Below, piece by piece: positions 13,318-25,381 of a stretch of DNA of 64,000 nt. This DNA is from Vitrella brassicaformis CCMP3155 (lineage: Eukaryota; Protista; Chromerida). Position numbers and translations under genes: made by a program. The stretch is from contig CDMY01000251.1 in the NCBI GenBank assembly GCA_001179505.1, positions 62,001-126,000 on the forward strand, in the 5' to 3' direction. Each line of letters opens with the position of its first letter. Position 1 is the stretch's first letter. The notes beneath the pieces are model-generated. The model searched no databases, was not told the DNA's origin, and saw only the letters and a program-made list of their open reading frames with translations.

Positions 13318-14262
13318 ATGGATCTGATAAACAATGCCATCACTGTGCAGCTGCCGGCGTAAGGGGGAAGAGAGGCAGACAGCAGCGCACCGCGCATGCA
13401 GTAAAGTGACTCATTTCATCTATCCACCCTCCTTCTTTCGCTTTCGTTTTGTCAGGTACCTTTCCGCCTTGAAGGTGCCCACCTCACAAGGCACTCCACG
13501 AGACCCAAACACAGACATAGATGGTCATTCTTGTGTTGTGCAGGTCCCCACCTCGCTGGATCAGGCTGCCGGCCTTGACTTCAACGATTGGCTGAACATG
13601 CTGCCCGTGGTGGTTGCTGGCAGGCAAGTGTCAAGTGTGAAGAGGCTATATACAAGACCAAGATCTCGTGTGACGCCCGTGTGACTGTTGTGGGTGCTTT
13701 GCTGTGACTGCAGTATTGTGTTGCTGGCACCTGTGTTGGCCGCCGTGAAGATGGGCGGGGGGTCCAGCAAGAAGAAGGCCATGGTCAACCCGACGTAAGC
13801 GCACACAAGAGATGGAGGGCGGGAGTTGTGTGTGTGGACACGGAACGGTGTATGTCTGCTGTCAATCGGACGCATGTGTGGATGCAGGATTGAGAAGAGC
13901 AAGGCCAAAGTTGTGCACATGTGCACGTTCTCAGAAATCGAGGACACTGCAAAGGACGGCAAGGCGGCCTATTGCCGCTGGTACGACGGGCAACGATTCA
14001 CCCACATCACATCATATGGCATTATTCACATCGCTGCACGTGCATGTGTCTGTCCGCAGCTGGCGGTCGGGGTCCTTCCCCCTCTGCGACGGGTGGGTCC
14101 TTCAGGGGACTTCTTTCTTTGTTCCTCTCTGCGAAATCGATCGAGGACACACGTGTGTCCTTTCTTCGTGCTGCGTGTTTGTGTGATTGCAGGTCTCACA
14201 CGGCCCACAACAAAGCCACTGGCGACAACGTGGGCCCGCTGGTCATCAACTGTAAAAAATGA
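13318..14262 (+). CDS. CISD: CDGSH iron-sulfur (NEET family, mitoNEET/Miner1-like) protein
   Basis: Spliced MDLINNAITVQLPA|YLSALK|VPTSLDQAAGLDFNDWLNML..MVNPT|IEKSKAKVVH..AAYCRC|WRSGSFPLCDG|SHTAHNKATGDNVGPLVI; intact C-x-C-x9-C-x3-H motif. Confidence 0.93.
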
Positions 14263-14843
14263 ATGCCTCTCTGGTGGATGGCGTCAATTGAGATGGATCT
14301 GCCAGCACGTCGCTGCTCGATCTGGTGATTTCGGTTGCTAGGGGTTTCTGTCTGGCTGTCCGTGTGTGTCGGTGTGGGGTGGGGCCTGCAATGGGTATTG
14401 CTTGGCCGCACAGTGCGTAGGTGTATGCACGTACGTATCAATAAGTACTCAGACAGGAGGGACTGAGAGGGAGGGAGGGAGGGGGGGCATGGCCGTTTGT
14501 TGTTGGCACGTGTGTAAGCGTATATATAATTACGTACGTACGTCTGTGTGTGCGTATGTGTATGCCTATCTATCGCCTGTCGAATAGCGTCGCCGTATGC
14601 CTCGATGGGATGAGTGCATCTATGTGACTGACTGCCCGGCTTTCTGTATTGCTGGTTTGTCTGTCTTTCTTTCTTACTGTCTCATCTCGCATGGGGCGAG
14701 GACACACAGACACACACAGACACACGCCACACACACGCGTACGGCGGCCGTGAGAGAAGGACACAGAGACATCGCCATATGATCTGCTGAGTGACGGAAT
14801 GACGGACTGACTCGCCGACAACCAGACATTTGAAGTGCACAAG

Positions 14844-15201
14844 TCACGGAGGGCCGAGCGCCTTGAGAACCTTCTTCAACCACCATTCATTGGGCTGACA
14901 GACAAAGAAAAGGAAGGCCACAACGGTACGGCGGAAGCAAGCGCACACGCCCACACCCACGAGCTTGCGTCGCCGGGCTGGTAGAAGTGAGCATCGGTCT
15001 TGACGTAGCGCCTGAATGAACAGTCAGTTCTCACACAAGACAAACAGCCATCCACTCGTTCCTGACTTCATGGCGATGCCGGCGAATGTTTGAAGGGCCC
15101 ACTTGATCATGCACGAGTGAACATACAGGCTCGCAAACCTGGAAAGACAGAGACACGAACGAAGTGCCACCTCCCAGTGAAAACGTCTCTCCCTCCTTCC
15201 C

Positions 15202-15243
<42 letters not shown>

Positions 15244-16632
15244 ACCGATAGAGCGAGCTGACTTGTGGGACGGGATCCTTGCCGTCTCTTTCGCCTTCCC
15301 CATCGACCGGTTCGGTGCCGTTGCTCTGCAGCAGGCGAGGCGCCAGCCCGTCGGCTGTGTGTCGACTTGCCATCAGACGCCCTCTGAGCTTCCGCGCAGG
15401 AGGATTTGACGATGCCGTCCCATCCCCCGATATGTCGACCTGCAAGCCGCACACCTGGATAGCTACGAAGGCATGACGAGACACCACCTGCATAGACATT
15501 TTGTGTCTCGCCCATACACATGTTCAGGCGAGGCGAGTTCCTTTCCCGGTGGGCTGCGGTAGAAGCCGCTGCTTTTGAGGAAGGCCTGGTCGTTGCACCG
15601 CCACACGAGCTTCTCTCGGCGCCTGTCTTGGCATCAGTGCACCAGGTGTGGTACATGCGGCAGTTCTTAACCATGTTGAAGTCCTTCGAGTCAAGGTTGT
15701 CCTGCCACGACTGCACACAGCTGGACAAGAGGAAGAAAAAGAGACAGACAGACACACGAATGGATGCATTCGTGGCACACGAATGGATGCATTCGTGGGT
15801 CTGTCTGTTGCCGGCGGTTTCGTCCACTTTTGATGAGGTTACTTACAATTGTGCGAGGGAGAGGCACTGTGACATGGCGAGTGACAGGCCCTGGATGACG
15901 TGCAGCAGCTTGAGAAAAGGCGGGATGGACTTGCAGCTCCAACCCAGCCAACGATCCAAACACGCTGTGCGCACAACGCCCCAATCACACAGTTGCTGGC
16001 CGGTGACATCGTGTCCATTCCCTCACATGCGCTGGCGAAGTCTTTGGTGCGATAGTTGGAGAACCGACGGAACACTCTGAGAGGGAGAGAGACAAGAGGA
16101 GAGGCAGAGAGGGGGGCAAATGGACAGGCATGCCAATGTTGGTTGGTCATCGGCGTGGATGCATACATACAGCATGATGATGTAGAAGAAGACGGCTTTG
16201 CACACGAGAGACACCCACGTGAAGAGCACCAGAATGTGCAAGAACGACGTGTCGCCCATCGGACACCTGCACACAAATCAAACACCCGCCCCTCAGCCCG
16301 TGCCGTGTTGATAGCTCTTCTCGAGTCGTTTGTCACTCACTCCTGGTCATACATGTAGCCGCATGCGTCGGGCCGCTCGCACCATTTGTCGTGGCCAGGC
16401 CCCACACAAACACCCCCAGCACGAAGAAGAGCAGCTCGATGTACGAATACCTGCAGACAGATGCGCAAGGTGGGGAGGCAGATGTCGTGCATTCACCCAT
16501 CGTGCGTCGTTCTGGTGGAGCGCACCATTTGAAGTAGTAGGCCTGCTTCCAGCTGTTTCGCCTGAACCGCCAGTGGAAGCTTAGCGTGTTGAGAAAACCC
16601 TTCTTGGACAGCCTCTTCTTCGCTGGCGCCAT
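14844..16632 (-). CDS. Hypothetical multi-pass membrane protein (multi-exon; one junction unresolved)
   Basis: GC3-biased exons: MAPAKKRLSKKGFLNTLSFHWRFRRNSWKQAYYFK, YSYIELLFFVLGVFVWGL, CPMGDTSFLHILVLFTWVSLVCKAVFFYIIML, FASLYVHSCMIKWALQTFAGIAMK|RYVKTDAHFYQPGD, PNEWWLKKVLKALGPP*. I recognise no family. Confidence 0.6.
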
Positions 16633-16839
16633 CAGATTGATTACGGCCGGACAGGCACGCAAGAGACCGGAGTATGGGAGTCACACAGTTTGCAAGCTTA
16701 GCGGACGATCCTGGGTCTCGACCGGATGCATGCACCGCATGAGCCATGTCAAGACGAGAGCTCTCCTTGACGACAGGCTTGTTTGTGTTCCACTCTCCAA
16801 ATAGCTTTTGTACTATGTACACGTACTGCACACAACCGA

Positions 16840-18179
16840 TCATCCGTCACCGGAGATGTGAGACACGCTGAGCTTTTGCAGCTCATCAGACACGGCAGCT
16901 CCCTTCCCTCCCTCCCCACCCTCCCCAGCATCACTATCGCCCTCCCCAGGATCACTGCCCTCCAGTTCATCCTCCGATGAAGCTGCACGGCAAAGCAGCC
17001 CCCACACTTGCACGCGACTGTGAGGAGCATGCACGCCTGGCTCTGTCACTGACATGGTGGGTAGAGGTCGTTGTAATCGGTCGGGTTGCTCCGCTTGCTC
17101 TGGGCGGCAGCCTTGGCCTCCCTAATGTAGTCCTCCTGGACACGAAGCACATCGGCAGATGTGGACCCTTCAGTGGCATAACGGTCCAGCAGAGACCTGA
17201 TCGGGTCAGTCGGGAGCAACACACAGATATGCAGACACAAATGCACGAGTGTGCAGGTGCCGTCACTTACTGATTCAGGCTGACGAAGGCGTGGCCCCAC
17301 TTGAAGACGCGAAGCAACTCCATCGCCTTATCTGCATGGCCCTGATGCATCCATCCATCCATCCATCCATCCATGGGGCCCATCAATGGACATGTGGATG
17401 ATTGCCTGTCATGTATCCGCCAGTAGTCTGTGACTCACCGTGATGTAGAGAGCGGCCGACAGGGCCTCCACACAGGACAGCTCACACGGCCGACCATAAT
17501 GAGCCGGGTTGGCCGCCACCAAAAAGGGTACTACACACACGAAACACGATGGATGGATGGCCCGTGTCGCCTCCTCTCATGCTGCGTACATAGTCGTTCG
17601 TGTCCATTGTGCAGTCGCCTGAAGGGCACTTCATCAAGTCGATTCCACGAGCAGTCCACCACACACAGACCCTTCTCGCCGACCAATTGAGCGTCATCAC
17701 GGGAGATGGCGCGCGTGGCAAGCGGACTGAGTGGGGACACACAGAGCAAGCATGCATCCAAGAGATGGCTGCTACATGTCAGCTGTTCTCTGACGGACTC
17801 ACCTCAGCACGACACCATGGAACCGTTGTGAGGTCCGAAGGAGCGAGATCTTCCTGAGGCGGCACAGCTTCCTACCGCTGCACTTCTTGATGTCACAGTG
17901 ACCGAAATCCTGACGACAGACACAACACACGCGGCGTGACACTCATGGATGGTCTTCACTTACCCACATCGCCAGTTTGATTTCGGCATCCTCTGACACA
18001 TCCGCGCCGTCATTTTCATCATCCTCCCCGAGATCTTGACTGCCGCCATCCTCATCAGACGCTTCGGCATCCGGCCTCTTCTCATCCGGCGCATCGGGGA
18101 AGTTCTCCACAGCGTCATGAAAACTTTGCTTCCGATTGGCCACCCCTCTTCCGCCGCGTCCCCTCGACTTCCTCGTCAT
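16840..18179 (-). CDS. TSR3: 18S rRNA aminocarboxypropyltransferase
   Basis: KLAMW|[66 protein letters not shown], acidic C-terminal tail. Confidence 0.93.
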
Positions 18180-18231
18180 TTTGTATTTGGCTGCTCTTTC
18201 CAGGATTTCATGGAGCACCCTAGGCCAAATC

Positions 18232-18240
18232 TGCGAGCTT
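18232..18240 (+). promoter_or_regulatory. TGCGAGCTT motif in the 150-bp TSR3/CD36 divergent interval
   Basis: Exact 9-mer. Confidence 0.55.
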
Positions 18241-18329
18241 AGCTCCCGTTAGCGTCCTGTCCTCTCCTCCTTCCGGCGGTAGAACCCACCATGCAGGATG
18301 CGTGATTGGCACTGTTCATCCGGTTTAGG

Positions 18330-21300
18330 ATGGCGTGGTGCGTGTGCGGTTTGGCTCTCTCCTCCGTCAGCCTTGTGCTGCTCGCCGCCGGCAGCTTCAT
18401 CCTCGCTGCATACTTCCAAGGACTCGGTGATCAGAGGGGGCAGAACACTTGTTCACATACTTGTTCACATCTCGTTTGCTTGTGAATGAGTCATCTCTGC
18501 ACTGATTGACTGTCTGTCTGTCTGCCTGCCTCAGATGCGCTTCGAGCCTATCGTGACTCGAAGCTGATCTTATCCCCCGCAAACGAGAAGAGATGGGCAG
18601 CCATTCCCGGTGGGATGCATGCACACGGACGGACGGACACACCCATGCATGACCGTCTGTCTGTCTGTTGTCACCATGAATGGGTGCAGGCGACACCAAG
18701 GCCAGCTACACCACCTACATCTATCTCTTCAACATCACCAATCCCCACGAGGTCAGATCACGCATGCACTTCACTTTACACACATGCTTTTGTCTTCACC
18801 GAGTGTGTGGTTGGGTGGTTGGTTGGTTGGTTGGTGCAGGTGGTGGCTGGTGTGGCTAAGCCCCGAGTGGAGGAGGTGGGCCCTTTCGCCTTCACGACTC
18901 GGCAAGAGTACTTCGACCTGACCTACAAGCCCAGGACTGTGCAGTTCCGCCGGCGAGTCACGTATGAGTACAGCAGAGATGAATCCCTTCCGCTCAACAC
19001 CACCGTGGCCACCGTCAACCTGGTCAGCCAACCAGGCAGCCAGGCAGCTGCATGGCATCGATTGAGAGAGGGAAGTATGTGTGTGTGTGTGTGTGTGTGT
19101 GTGTACGTGTGTACGTGTGTGTGTGTGCAGGGTCCCTTTGGTCTGTTTTCGAACATCAAGGCGCTGGGACAGTCGACAGCCATCACTGCAAGTGAGAACG
19201 GCATGGGATGATTAGCCGCATGGGTGTGTGCTGTGTGCGTGTGTCTGTGTGGCCTGCAGGGCGTCCCACTTGGCAGGCTTTCAGACGGCTTGTGGATGAC
19301 TTAAACAACTCGCTTCCCCCGGCTATGTACGGCCTGGTAGCTCCCACAGACACTAGCGAGACTTCACGCAATCAACCACCATGCATCAGCTTCTCTCACC
19401 TATAGGCCGCGAATGCCCTCGTGAAGTTTCCGCTGGAGCTGCCTGCCCCCCTGCACAAGGCGCGTTTGGTGTGGGATGATGGATGGTTCGGCCTGAACAA
19501 GGGCCTCCCTGGCTGGTCAATGTGGTACCAGGCACTGGGCCTGGGCGAGCCGGGATGGGGGGCCGAGCTCAAACAGATGATTATCGACCACTTCGACCCC
19601 GTTGTTGGCAAGTGAGTCCATAGGGAGGAAAGGGGAGGCAGGCGAATGAAGGCGAATTCGGCTTGTGATATTTATTGCTGCAGGGATTACGTGCTGAAGG
19701 TGTTCGATCGGCTTGACAGTCTTCGCAACAGAGTGCGGGCCATCCTTGTGCGGCACCCAGCGATAAGGTGAGGAGCGCTCATTCATCCCCACCACCCGCC
19801 ATGAAGACACGAAAGCTTTTCACTTGCCTTACTTGTCTCTTTCTGTCTGTGTCTGCAGGAAGGCGGCCGGTGAGCCGCCATCGTGGCTGCTGAAGGATAA
19901 ACTTGAGGAGGTGCTGGTGGCGCTGCAGTGGGGGCAGGCCTTCGTGTCCTCGACACCGCTGCTGCCAGGCGTCCCCACCCACCCTTCCGTCAAGGGATAC
20001 AACGCGTCCCTGCCTGTGGCGCCTGAGTATGCCGGCAGCTTGACTGATCCCTCCCTGAAGCTCACACTGGACGAGGCCATGCCCCTGGTGAGCGAGTGAG
20101 GCGGCTCGGGAGACTGGCATGATGGATGTCTCTCCCTTCCCTTTCTTTGTCTGCTGCGGTCGAGCAGTTGTCTCGGAGTGACAATGGGTCTCTGTACAAC
20201 GACTATGAGTCATTCTCTGCTCTGATGGACCAGCATGGCGACACTGGTGCTGTGGACGTGGTCGTCAGCAGGAGGGCGCTGCACCCCGGGAAGGTGCCGG
20301 CACTCAGCGACAAGAAGAGAGCCGCCATGCGGTCATACTTCGGTACGAGACAAACCGACAACATAAAAACCTGCGGGATCCCTCCTCGTGCTGACCGTCT
20401 GTTGCTCACCCTTCAGAATACATCAATGCAGCGTTCATATGGCAGGCATCCGGCCCCGGTGTGGGTGCCCTGGACGCCGTCGTCGCCGCGCAGCTCACCC
20501 AAGGCTCCCTCATGCCGGGATTCATGCACTTCGCCCACCAGCTCGTCGATGCCGCATCGGTGCGGCGGCTGCTGGCGGACGATGGCTGGCTCGATGCGAC
20601 TCGGCAAACCATGCGGGCGCTTCTGAAGAATGTGACGAGCGACCAGCTGACGAGGCTGGAGAAGGACAATCGGTTTGGATGGGGCTCCCCTGCCGGCCTG
20701 TTCCAGTGGCTGGAGCTCGAGCATGCCGGCACGGAGACCATCAAGGCCTTCCTGCAGAATGCGAGCTCGGCCAGCGGTGCGACAGTGACAGTGGACATGT
20801 ATGAGAGCAGCATAAAGCCGCAGGTGTTCGCACATGCTGCTGAGGTGACGAGACAGTGGCTGAGTTCGCGAGTGCCTGGGTGTGGGGAGGGATGCTCTTT
20901 GCTATCGCTGGCGGCGCTCCAATGGGGTGGGCACACGTGAGAGCCGACACGCGGAGGGCTGGGTGGACTGTGTGGTGGCTATCCTTGTGCATGCCATGCA
21001 GGCGGATCTCACGTGACGACGGCCCTTGCATCCGTCAACGCCACCGAGGCCCAGCGGCTGCACTACCTATCTTCGTTTGACTTTGTGCCCCGTCGGACAC
21101 GCGTACCCGAGTTCATGGAGATCCCCCACGCCGCATGGCTTCTCTACAAGTGCGGCGGCGCCGGCAATGGCGCCAGCTGCCCTTCGGTCGACCTGCCGTC
21201 AGTGCAGCGGCTCTTTTCGCTCGCCTTTGACAGCCTCGTGGCCTCAACAGTCCTGCAGGAGTTCCTCTCACTCGCCACCAACAACCGCACACAGGGGGCG

Positions 21301-22682
21301 GCAAGGCTCATCGGCGTGGACGCATCCCTCGTGCCCCTCATCTCGTTCTCCGTCCTCTCGACGGCGTTTGACGGCGGGATGTTCACCACCCTGACCGCCT
21401 CCGACCTGCTGGAGGGCTATGTGGACGCGTCTTTGCGGCGAGCCACAGACATGGGCCTCCTGGCTTTGGCTGGTACGCCGGTGGCCGATCCTTTGCTCTG
21501 TCTCAACCCCAATGTGACGGACCCGCCGGCAGACGAGCCGTCAGAGATGAAGAGAGGCACTGGCGACATTAGGGAGCTGCGGATGATGACGCGGTCCAAA
21601 GGCAGGGCGCTGATTGAGCAGCAGGAGGTGATCAACACGGGAGACGGCGGGACGCAAAGTAAGAACTTGGAGGTGTGGACGGGACCTGATGGCCGAGCAC
21701 ACGTGTCGGTGTATGGCACCGATGGCGTACAGGTGGGTGCGCGTGCACACACGCAGAGCGGGCAATAGAGAGATGGATGGCATAGCCTCTCGTCCTGTTT
21801 GTTTTTCTTTCCCTCTCTGGCCTGGCCCAGGCGCCTCCTGACGTGTCGAGGAGTGTGCACCTGTGGGTGTATGACCCCGACCTCATGCTCAATATCCCCT
21901 TTGTTTACCAGCCCCCGCCGTCACACCCCCCGACCACAGCGCGGCGGTCAGCCAGAGCCGTCCGGCCCGGCGATGACCCGTACGGCATCCAGCCTCTCGT
22001 CTTCATCACGGACACCACCTACTTCCTCGCAAACGCCTCGACGTCGCCCGCTTTCTTCATCCATCGCGACAATCTCCTCAACCTCACGGCCGTCAAAAAC
22101 GCCCCCCTGTTCGCCTCCGCCCCCTACTTCGCCGATGCGGACCCCTCTCTGCGGGAAATGGTCGGCATGGCGCCCCCGTCAAATGACTCCGCCGACCTGG
22201 TGACATTCCTCTCCATCGAGCCATGGAGCGGCATCCCACTCATAACGGCCAAACGCATCCAGATCTCTGCTCACGTGGCTCCCCATGTGTCATCTGGGCT
22301 GCTGGCGCCCGCCGCGAGAGAGGCCTTCGTGCCGGTATTCTGGATGGAGAAGGTTTCGCGTTTCCCGACCGACAGCCCCGTGCTAACGATGGTCCACCAG
22401 GGCGTCTACTGGAACGGCGTCCTCTCACGATTCGCCAGCACAGGGGGCCTCTCGACGGGCGTCGTGTGCGTGGCTCTCTCCCTAATCGCGATTATTGTCG
22501 GGCTGTCTGTCGAGAGGAAAAGGCGACTGGTCTCCTTGCGGCGGCAGAGAGTCGCGGATGCGACGGAACCACTCGCATGTGGGAGAGAAGGGGGGGATGA
22601 GGGGGTGCCCGAGAAGCAGGAGGATGAGGCCGGAAAGGGTGCTATGAGGGTGGACAGCGAATCGACGGAGGCGCAGCCATGA
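18330..22682 (+). CDS. CD36/SCARB (LIMP-II-like) family protein with a large internal insertion
   Basis: N-terminal TM; YLFNITNPHE|VVAGVAKPRVEEVGPFAF; VYGTDG; APLFASAPYFADADP..SIEPWSGIPLITAKRIQ..FVPVFW; C-terminal TM followed by a basic stretch. Confidence 0.88.
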
Positions 22683-23364
22683 TCGATGTGATGGATGACA
22701 CCATCGGATCGGCCAGCCAGATGTGGGTGGCGTCTGAGCGTAACGCAGTACATTTGTCAGTCGTGTGTCCGAAGAGGGCGAGTGAGGAGAAGAACGCGCT
22801 ACTGATGTGCACAAGACGAGGTGCGTGTGCATGTGCATGTTGAGTGCGTGGTCTGTAGTGTGTGCTACATAATGTGGCCGCCCAGACGGGAGGGGTCGAT
22901 ATATATCCATCTTTGTTTGTGTATAAGGGAAGGAAGGAAGAGTGTGTAGACTTTTCTCCTGGTGCGATGCGATCGATGAGAGTTTGTGTAGTGGCTGGCT
23001 GGCAGTCTGTGTTTTCTTGTGGCTGGTGCGGCATTGCATTGCACCGCACCCGGCTGCGAGTGAGTGACGGAGAGAGTGGTCTGCATCAATGCAGACAGAC
23101 AGACAGATAGACAGACAGACAGACAGACGGAATTCATGCGGACAGAAGACATCCATCGACGCTCAGATGAATGCGGCCACATAATTGACACATGACGGCG
23201 GACAAACGGGTCTTGCGTGCTCATCGTCCGCCCCTCGTCACTCACTCCCATATCGCACAACCCGACAAGACGCCGCAAAAGTAAGTAGCCATTGACAGCC
23301 ACAAAGCGCTCTGACTGCACACTCCCGTCATCCACAATGACCAACCAGCTCCGCACGACAGGCG

Positions 23365-24952
23365 TCATCTCCGCATTCTGCCGCCTTCCATTTCCTCTTC
23401 GTATTCGATCTCAATCCGAGGCCGCCGTCGACCTGACGACCAAGCCAAGCCATCACACACAGACGGGACACACACCAGCCTGACGCCACGTGGCGTGGGA
23501 CCTTTGTTAGATGTGTAGCGGACAAACCTGCAGGCAGCCTGGGTGGCGGCTCCAGGTGCTTCTTTGCTCCGGGGGCGACCAGCTCCTGTTCTTCTTCGTC
23601 GGCCATGTCCTCCATGTCCTGCTCTTCCTCTTCCTCTTCCTCTTCTTCATCCTCACCCTCGAGAAACGCCAAACGACCTGAACACACACAGAAGAGAGGA
23701 AGGAAGATCGGTCACAGGCACTTGTCTGTGTGGCCGGCCCACAGTCTCTCTCTCTGTGTGTGTCTCTCCGCTAGTGTGTGTCTGCTGCTGACTGACTGAC
23801 TGACCTTCCGCTTCTCCCTCGAAGTCCTCTTCATCCTCCATCTCCTCGTCCTCCTCTTCCATCTCCTCCGCCTCATCTTCCTGCTGGTCGATGACATGGT
23901 TGAAGTTGCGCTGCGGGAAATTGTAAATGTCGCCATAGGTCCCCTGCAGCGCACGCACCGGCACAACCACAACGGCACAGGTATCCATCACTGCCTTGTC
24001 CCCAGAGGTATCTATCTGTGCGTGTTCGTACGCACCTGCCTCAGCCGTTGCAGCAGCTCCTTCTCGATTGCGAGGTCCACCTTGGCGGCGGCCTCGGCCT
24101 TCTCCTCGCGCACCCTCTCGCGGCGCTCGGTCTTCTTCTTGATCGGTACCAACTTGGGCCTGATTGACACACACACACACATATACATAGACATAAATGT
24201 GTGGGTGGATGAATGACGCCCCTCAAGTGTGCCGTTTGTGGCAGCTGCTGGTGAGAGCCGTGTGTGCATCCATCTACTTTGGCTGGAGTGCGAGTTTCCT
24301 CATCTTGATCAAGACCTGCCGTATCCTGGTCAGCCGCTGCTTGCACCGGTTGATCTGGTGGGCCGGGTACACGCCCTGCATCTCGCTGTCAATCTGCTTC
24401 AGCGCCTGATGCAGCAAGGAAGGAAGGAACAACAGCTGCTTTGACTGACTGATCGTGCCGTCAGCTGTCCGCCTGCCGGCCTGCCTGAGCCACGTACGCA
24501 CCTCATTGAGGTTTTTTGAGAGTTTGACTTTTTCCCACAGTTGTCGCGGCATGTGTGCCCGCTCGATGGTCTTGAGATGCAGATAACACTGACCTGCACA
24601 AACAGTGGGTGGGTGGGTGTGCGTTTGTGGGTCCCTAGCTACCTACCTTTGTCTTCCATGACAGTGCCGTAGAGGCTGTTGGCGAGAGGGCACGACACCC
24701 GGTTGCACAGACCGGTCACATTGTAGTCGTTGCGGCAAAAGGTCTGCGTCTTGGTCCTGAACAGGGGGGAACACAACCAATCAGCCATCACACAACATAT
24801 GACATGAGCCAATCAATGTCTGCGTGTGATTTCCTGTCCCCCTGTGTCTGTCTGTGCGTGATCTGTGCCGCGTCAGTCATGCATCCATACTTGACTTTGA
24901 ACGAGCAGAAGCCATGGTTGAGGCTGAACCACGTCACCTCGTCGTTCTGCAT
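23365..24952 (-). CDS. MAK16: 60S ribosome biogenesis factor MAK16
   Basis: [21 protein letters not shown]|[57 protein letters not shown], acidic tract, [11 protein letters not shown] near the end. Confidence 0.95.
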
Positions 24953-25184
24953 CTATCACTCCACGTCGAACCAGGAGTGAGTGAGCCGCCGACTGCCGCC
25001 AATCGATGACCGATGAGCGACGCACAGACTTGAGATCTGCTCGAGCTCAGACACATTAACACACAAGCAGCAGCTGTGTGAAGCATTGTCAGTCTTCCTT
25101 TGCGCCTCTCGCTACCCTCTCACCTTCGATGAGCAACCAAAAGCCTTCAAAATCCGCCCAGGGTTTTTCGGGTTCAGGGTTTGG

Positions 25185-25193
25185 TGCGAGCTT
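25185..25193 (+). promoter_or_regulatory. TGCGAGCTT motif in the MAK16/CCT6 divergent interval
   Basis: Exact 9-mer. Confidence 0.55.
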
Positions 25194-25381
25194 GGCTTTT
25201 GCGGGACTTAAAATCTGTGATTTGCAGCTTTCCGTTGCTTACTGCAGCGTGCATTGGCCAGCCGTGTCCACTTCAACCGAGATCTATACAGATCAGCCCA
25301 TCCCGTGCGCCGCAGTCGACTGACCTGAGCGTGTGCGTCGCCTCCCTCCCTCATCACCTCACCCCGCCAGCGGCTGCCAGC

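Noticed and set aside
15350-15660. Apparent series of tiny (16-25 nt) introns in the orphan membrane gene
   Set aside because: A single normal intron (gtatgg near 15517 to cacacag near 15357) restores the frame, and short GT-AG pairs arise easily by chance.
18291-18332. ATG CAG GAT GCG TGA in frame with the CD36 ATG at 18330, as a second readthrough case or a 27-nt intron
   Set aside because: Only four codons with no coding signal, and the intron would be far shorter than others here. More likely a uORF or chance.
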